A stretch of DNA of 64,000 nt from Flaccisagitta enflata (Eukaryota), in NCBI GenBank assembly GCA_965153355.1, contig OZ231126.1:4898001-4962000 (forward strand). Reading direction: 5' to 3'. The notes below the pieces were generated by a model that searched no databases, was not told where the DNA came from, and saw only the letters and a list, made by a program, of their open reading frames with translations. Each line of letters opens with the position of its first letter. Position 1 is the stretch's first letter. Positions 57,343 to 64,000 of this stretch are shown one piece after another. A program made the translations under genes and the position numbers.

Positions 57343-57817
57343 CCCATTTATGATTGTCTGAGTTTGCGAGTGAGCATGGGATGAGAGAGGTTATGGATGG
57401 GGGTTGTATGCCCCTGCCCACTGGTCCGCAATGGTATTGTGACCCTGCGTCGCTTGTTATCAGCCTATGGGGATTCGTTCGAATGTCAGTCTTTCTTACT
57501 GTCTTTCTGTCTTTTATCCTGTCTGTCTGTCATTCTATCATTCTTTTTATTCTGTACTTAGTTATACCTATTTATTGTTTTTGTTGTTTTTCACTTTATC
57601 TTTTTGTTAGAAGCTGTGTGGTGTATTACTCGTCAATACTTAGGTTATTCTTTGTTTAATCATGATTACGAAAAGTCAAATTGGCAACACCGGAATTTGG
57701 CACAACCGGAAAAAAACAGTTAGTCCCTTGAGATCCGTTATTGCGGGGTTCCACTGTACAAGATTCTGGATAATTACAGGGTTCCTATTTTCAAAGTTTT
57801 TATTCAAAATAAAAAAG

Positions 57818-58144
57818 ATGCCTGACTACTTCTCTGGATCTGAATGGAACTACCAAGAAGGACAATATTATTTTTCTTCGACGCCGGAACAAAATTCGCG
57901 CAGAAAAACATATTGGATAACAAAAACAATCTTTGTTGACAATTTTGAGGAACAGGACCCCATGGAAACTGAGTGCTCCTGCCCCCTCGATCCAGATCCT
58001 GTAATATTCAGAATCGTTCTCACTTTCGACCAATCAGATCATCAAGAATGCCGCGATCACAAACAGATGACTGTTAAATTGACGGCCATGAACAAGCCAA
58101 CGAACGTGATCAATATGAAGTTACGCATCGTCGACGATATTCAG
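57818..58144 (+). CDS. Probable exon 1 of the MATH-like/BTB gene
   Basis: ATG with A at -3; beta-strand-like sequence (YWITKTIFVDNF, VIFRIVLTF, MTVKLTA, MKLRIVD). A phase-0 join to 59299 needs a GC donor (CAG|gcaggg). Confidence 0.55.
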
Positions 58145-59298
58145 GCAGGGCCGAGGGGGTGTTTATATTTGAAGCGCCTTTGATTACCCCCCCCCCCCGC
58201 CCCGATATACAGGCAGGGGTGCATACAATTGAGTTGCCTTTGCTTCCCCCTCCTGCCTTTGAATTTTTATTTCTCCCACTGCGCGTTGCATCCTGTACGA
58301 AATCTATGATTATGATCTTCATAGGACAATAAAATAGTACATTTTGGGCTCGTATAATGTCGAATGTGTGTAAGTAATGATGATCAATGATGATCAATGA
58401 TGATCAATCTCCTCCACTTTTGGGCAGCTGCCCCGAAGGGGTCAATGACCTACACTTTCACTCATATGGGGAATTTTTTCCTTCTGCTGCTTCTCCTCCT
58501 TTGTACCCCCCCCTCTTGGTCCAAAATTCCAGCCTAGTGGCCTAAATTCTACCAAATTCTGCCAATTTTTGCCTATTTTTGCCAAATCCTGCCAAATTCT
58601 GCCAAATAAGGTCCTTTGGGGCTGATGCCCTGCTTCCTCCCTAAAATCAATCACAACCTACTAAGGCAGGGCGCGGGTGCTGCTGACCATCTCACGCCCC
58701 CTGGAGGGGCAGATGACCTATGATTACACAGAGGGCGATTTTCTCCAGTTATGATCTACATCCCGTTTTTCCCAGGCCTCAAAACAGGCCCTCAGACCCC
58801 ATAACAATCCTCTCAGACCCAAAATCAGGCTTACAAGGCCCAACTCAGGCCTCTCAGACCCAATTCTAACCTTTCAAACCACAAGTCAGGCCTCTTAGAC
58901 CCTTATTCAACCCCCTCAGATTCCCAAAAAAAATGTCTTCCAGACCCCAACTGAGGCCTCACAGACCCATTTCAGGGTTCTCAGATCTTAAATCAGACCC
59001 CCCAGACCTCCCGTACCTCAAATCCAGCCTTTCAGACCCCAAATTAGTCGACTTAGGAAATCGTCCTGTGTAGAATCATGGGTCATCTGCCCCTCAGGGG
59101 CCTCTGCCCTTCTCACCATCATATCCTATTATAAACTAACTCAGGGGCATCGGACACAGCTGATCATGTAACGCTATAGCGATTATTTTCTCTCTCTCTT
59201 TCTCCTCATTGGTTCTCTTCCCCAAATTCTGAACCCTTTGCTTCCCCGCCCCCTCTGTTCAATTCAACACACTCAACCATGAACATCCCTGTCCTCAG

Positions 59299-60414
59299 GA
59301 TGTGGTGACAACACTTACGTCCTGGAACGTGGATCATATCGACCTCCGTTTGAACGCGAAAGGAGGTCGCGTTTTCAAGAGGATCCGCGCGTCAATTCTG
59401 CCCTTTTCATTGACCGCCGAAATTGAATACGATGAATGGGGACACGAGCCTTCAGACTACAGTCAGGCTCAAAAGGATTTCCTGAAGCTGCTTGAAATGG
59501 AGAAAGACGCAGATGTGGTATTCATAGTCGGCGATGGCAAAGGCGGCAGCGGCGGTGGAGGGGGCAGCAGCGGCAGCAAAAGTGGAGGGGAAGGCAGTGG
59601 CGAGGCAGGTGACGACAACAGTGGCAGTGGCAGCGGCAGTGGAAGCGGCAGCGGCAGTGGCAGCGGTGGCGGCAGCGGCAGCGGCAGCGGCAGCGGCAGC
59701 GGCAGCGGCAGCGGCAGCGGCAAGGACAGAGGCGAGGGCAGTGGCAACAGCAGTGGTGGTGACAGCAGCAGTAGTATCAGCGGTGGCAGTGGCAGCGAAA
59801 GTGAAAACAACAGTGAAAATGGCGACCTCAGCGGCAGCGGCAGTGACAGCTGCAGCAGCAGCAGTAATGGCAGTGTCAACAGCAATGTCAGCGGCGAGAG
59901 AATCATGGCCCACAAGAGCATTCTTTCCGCGAGATCGATTTATTTCGCCAACATGTTTGAGTCGGGCATGAAGGAGAATCTGACCAACCAAGTGAAGATC
60001 ACGGACGCGGAACCGGAAGTCTTCAGGGCTTTCCTGAGATACGTCTACGCGGAAATTCCGCCGGAAGATCCTCCTTTGGCGCTGAAAGTCATCGTCATCG
60101 CCGACAAGTACGGAATGAGAGACCTCAAAGAAGTCTGCGAAAGGGTTTTGTTCACCAATTTGAGTAGTCGGCGAGTGGAGGATATTGGCAACGTGGATGC
60201 GGTTGTCGACGCGCTGCTGATCGCCGAAAAGCTTCGTTGCGGGGATTTGCTGACGCGGGCCAGAGTCGTCTTGAAGGAAAATGTGGACAAGATCACCGAC
60301 GAGAATCGGGACAAGTTGATCAAGAATGATCCTCAACTTGTGTTTAAGATGTTTGAGCATGCTTGCAGGATCAATTCGAATCAACCGAAACGGATCAATA
60401 AGCTGTATTTTTAA
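59299..60414 (+). CDS. BTB/POZ-domain protein (SPOP/roadkill-like Cullin-3 adaptor), final exon
   Basis: cctcag|GAT acceptor; ADVVFIVG...IMAHKSILSARSIYFANMFESGMKE...ITDAEPEVFRAFLRYVY...IADKYGMRDLKEVCE is a canonical BTB, followed by BACK-like helices; AATAAA at ~60570. Confidence 0.93.
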   Translation, partial: DVVTTLTSWNVDHIDLRLNAKGGRVFKRIRASILPFSLTAEIEYDEWGHEPSDYSQAQKDFLKLLEMEKDADVVFIVGDGKGGSGGGGGSSGSKSGGEGSGEAGDDNSGSGSGSGSGSGSGSGGGSGSGSGSGSGSGSGSGKDRGEGSGNSSGGDSSSSISGGSGSESENNSENGDLSGSGSDSCSSSSNGSVNSNVSGERIMAHKSILSARSIYFANMFESGMKENLTNQVKITDAEPEVFRAFLRYVYAEIPPEDPPLALKVIVIADKYGMRDLKEVCERVLFTNLSSRRVEDIGNVDAVVDALLIAEKLRCGDLLTRARVVLKENVDKITDENRDKLIKNDPQLVFKMFEHACRINSNQPKRINKLYF

Positions 60415-60945
60415 CGTGTTTAAAGCGAGTTTATAGCGTGTTTAATATGTGTTGATAGCTTTATATATTATAGCGTGCTTGTAATATTCATCTCTGAAAA
60501 AAACAGCGTGCGAGCTTGCTTTCACTGATTGTAGGGTGAACTCATCATGATAGATATTACAAGAACCTTAATAAACTGATTCCTTGATCTTCTAATGATG
60601 TACAAAAATTGTTTTAAGTATTTAAACAAACACGAACATAGCGTGATTGGAGTTTTTTTTCTTTTCGGTCACTCTCTAATAGATATCTTATGCTCTTTGT
60701 TTGGCTTTTGTTCTTGCAATCACCATCACGAATGTTATGAAACAATGAACAGAAGCTGTATTGTCATCCCTGGAGGTCGTAGTTCTTCTTTGAGAGAAGA
60801 TAACTAAAAAAAAAGATTATCATTTAACATGGACTACAAAAGTTAGCTTTACAGCCTAATGTTTTGTCATTTCTTATCGATTAATATCGCTAAAATAACC
60901 TAAGGCTTGATAAAAACCTAAGTCAGTCTCTGTCTCTGTCTGTCC

Positions 60946-61080
<135 letters not shown>

Positions 61081-61714
61081 TCTTTCCATGGGCGGTGACA
61101 TTTCGAACCCTGTGCCAACAATGAATCATATGCTGAAAAATATGTTCCTCGTAAAACTTTCAAACGCAAATGATTCAGATTGCATCAACCAATCAAAATA
61201 TCCCAAAATTGGGAGACAAAAAATATTTCGGGAAAGGGAACCAACTTAAGAAAGAGAAGGCAGATGAGAAGACGCGGCAAAATGTTCACGGTCAAATTAA
61301 ATGAATTGGACAGTCAGTTTGATTCACTTAACGCAAGAGTCATATATATTCGGATTGGCGGACCGATCAAACAGACGGATGGACGGAGCTGTGGCGCACC
61401 TAAGAATGAATTTTTGGCATAAACATGTCAAACGGAGGCATGTGTTGTTCCAATACATTAAAATGTTATCGCTTGAAGACACGCTGAAGCACTCCGCAAC
61501 GCCAAGCTCGAATTTTGTGGCATTTGCGAAAAATAGGCAAAAAGAATCTATCGATTTGGTATGTACATATTTTGATATCATTCTTATTTGTTCGCGTTCC
61601 GAAGCACAAAGAAATGGCAGCGACGGAGCATTGGAATTGTGCGCTGCCAGCATATTGGCTTTTTGGCTTACAATAAAAAAAGCTGCCTCTTTGCTTTGGT
61701 TGTTATCATAAAAG

Positions 61715-61772
<58 letters not shown>

Positions 61773-62104
61773 GAGAACTGGGGACCGCGCGTGCTTATAC
61801 ATGCATCGTTGGGAACTCGAAGTTCGTAATTGTAGAGGCAGAAAGAGGGAAAATAGAAGGAAGAGAAGAAAATACAAAATGGGAAAGAGGGAAGAAATGC
61901 GAAGAGAAGAAAAAAGAAAAGAAACAAGGAAAGGAGGGAAAGGAGGGAAAGGAGGGAAAGGAAGGAAAGAAAGGAGGGAAAGGAAAGGAAGTAGGGAAAT
62001 GAAGGAAAGGAAGGAGCAAGGAATGGAGGAAGAAAAGGAGGTTGAAAGAAAGAAAAAGAATGAAAAAGGCGAAAGGGCACCGCTCTCCATTTTCTTCTGC
62101 CCTT

Positions 62105-62205
<101 letters not shown>

Positions 62206-62382
62206 GCCCTCAAAATTCAAATGGCGCATAGAATCAAGGACTTAATTAATCATGATCAGTAATTACAATGTCTTCACCACCAGATTTAAACAACAATAGG
62301 ATGCGAAGACAAAAAAGAATTTAGACTTTTAATGATATGCATTTGTACAAAGCGTCAGTAAGTTTAATTCTGCTTTGAATTA

Positions 62383-62558
62383 CAGTGGGACCCCGCAATA
62401 ACAGCCCCGCCTTTAAAGGTTCCCCATCAATAAAGGTCAATATTTTAAAGTCCCAAATGATAGTATTTAATGTTATTTTGCCTCTCTTTAAAGGTAAACC
62501 TGAGATAAAGGTGAAAAATCTATGGTCCCAATAGGACCGATGAGGCGGGGTCCTACTG
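62383..62558. mobile_element. TA-flanked Tc1/mariner(pogo)-type MITE
   Basis: TA|cagtgggaccccgc ... gcggggtcctactg|TA. Confidence 0.8.
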
Positions 62559-64000
62559 TATTTCTACGGGGGTAAGGAAGCCAAGAGCTCATTTTGAGGA
62601 GCATAATGACATTTATTCTGTTAGCGATAGACTGGATATGTATCAACCATACCATGGTGGGAGAAATATCTTTCACAAACACTGTGGTACTGAAGATAAA
62701 CAATGACGCTGGGTCACAATATTGTTGCAGACAGGTGGGCAGAAGCATCCAAACCTCATCCACACACCCCCTCACCCACCTGCCACCCCCCCCCCACAGG
62801 TGCGGTAAAGCAAATCTGTATGTATAAAAGTAAGACCACACCTTGAATCCTCCAATTCATAATCTATCAATCGCATCTTGGATTGCAGCTGACCACCCTT
62901 CCGCAACTAGCACAATTTAATTTTCACTTCCTCTATCATTAATCATCCACTGAAAGCGAATGAAAGACCCTTTAGGATCAATAAACGTACTATTATTGAT
63001 GCGCACATACAACAAAGATTGTAAACCACATGTATGTTGACGTGGGGGTGATGTGGATTGCTTTATCAGTTATCTGGACCTTTGCGGTTAATGGTGATTT
63101 CTGCTATCCTATCATATTACCTCCTTTCGATAACTGAATTGCGATTTCAGAAAAAAAAATCATATCAACATGTTTACACTTCATTTGTAGAATATATTGG
63201 GTGTTGAGCAGCAATGAAATCCAACGACGGGCTGGGTAAATAACAAGGCCAGATACACGGCTACCCTAGTCACGTGTGAGTGAGCAGGGGCAGTGATGGA
63301 GAAGGCCGACCAACCGACCAACCAATGGCCCAACCGACCGACCAACCAACAGATAAAGCGGGATGTAGAGTCCTGTACTGTAGGGGATAGCATACAGGGT
63401 TGTATTTTGAAAATCGCCTCAGAACTCAGGTTATACTTAGTTCAATATGTCCTTATTACAAGAAAAATTTTTTGGGAAGCTGAGTCATTGGGAAGCTGGA
63501 GCCATTTTTGACAGAAGTTGACATATCTGATAGGTGAAAATTGCTATTTTCGTCAAAATTGTTTTTTTTTTTTTACATTCATTATTAGTATTTTTGAAAT
63601 TGATTATTGAATACTGTTTGACTTGTTTATCCATTAGTAGTGTTCTAACATGCCTTAACAACATTCACATCAATATAATATGGCTGTTTGCCATGGCTGA
63701 GGGTCAGTAAAGACAGGGCCCTTTTGGCGTAAAAATAGAAAAATCACTGTTTTCGCCCACAGTATGATTCATGTCGACTGTGACATTTCATTACGGCATT
63801 GCTCAAAAAGTATTAGAAATAGCTTAATTTGGAAAAAAGTGTCTGAAAAACAGTAGTTTGGCATTTTTGGATGAAAAATCCCTAGGATCTTTTAGGAATA
63901 TCTAATTCCTTAAATTTATACTAAGCCAAAAATCATGATAAGTAGAGGAAGCTATTTTGACATATTATCAAAAAACTTTTTTTATGATTGCTTTAATTTT

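Noticed and set aside
59452-60384. 310-aa antisense ORF and poly-Ala alternative frames over the BTB gene
   Set aside because: Shadow ORFs explained by GC-rich codon usage and the GGCAGC repeat.
61463-61558. Possible first exon MLSLEDTLKHSATPSSNF...|gtatgt
   Set aside because: Short, no homology recognised, and no downstream exon identified in the window.

Overview
Repeat-dense animal (invertebrate-like) nuclear DNA; most ORFs in the supplied track are microsatellite artefacts. Host genes I can support: (1) a minus-strand SID-1/SIDT-family membrane protein gene built from 9-10 phase-compatible exons (37024 to 23985), whose C-terminal transmembrane half I could not find in the window; (2) a plus-strand MATH-like/BTB (SPOP-like) gene (57818-60414) with a long Gly/Ser insertion inside the BTB domain. 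The standout is an intronless, uninterrupted, strongly A-skewed ~7.1 kb block (~16431-23505). It carries two very long orphan ORFs that overlap by ~550 codons in different frames and are also stop-start coupled (TGA-TAAA-ATG). The block is cut at both ends: the left end abuts a ~165-bp repeat array and the right end runs into a decayed Tc1 transposase. It looks like a fragment of an unrecognised giant retroelement or endogenous virus, but no hallmark enzyme is visible and a misassembly is not excluded. The rest is nested non-autonomous DNA transposons (Tc1/mariner-, hAT-, MULE/foldback-, Chapaev- and Helentron/DINE-like), two transposase relics, minisatellites and microsatellites. All calls were made by eye; no database searches were run.
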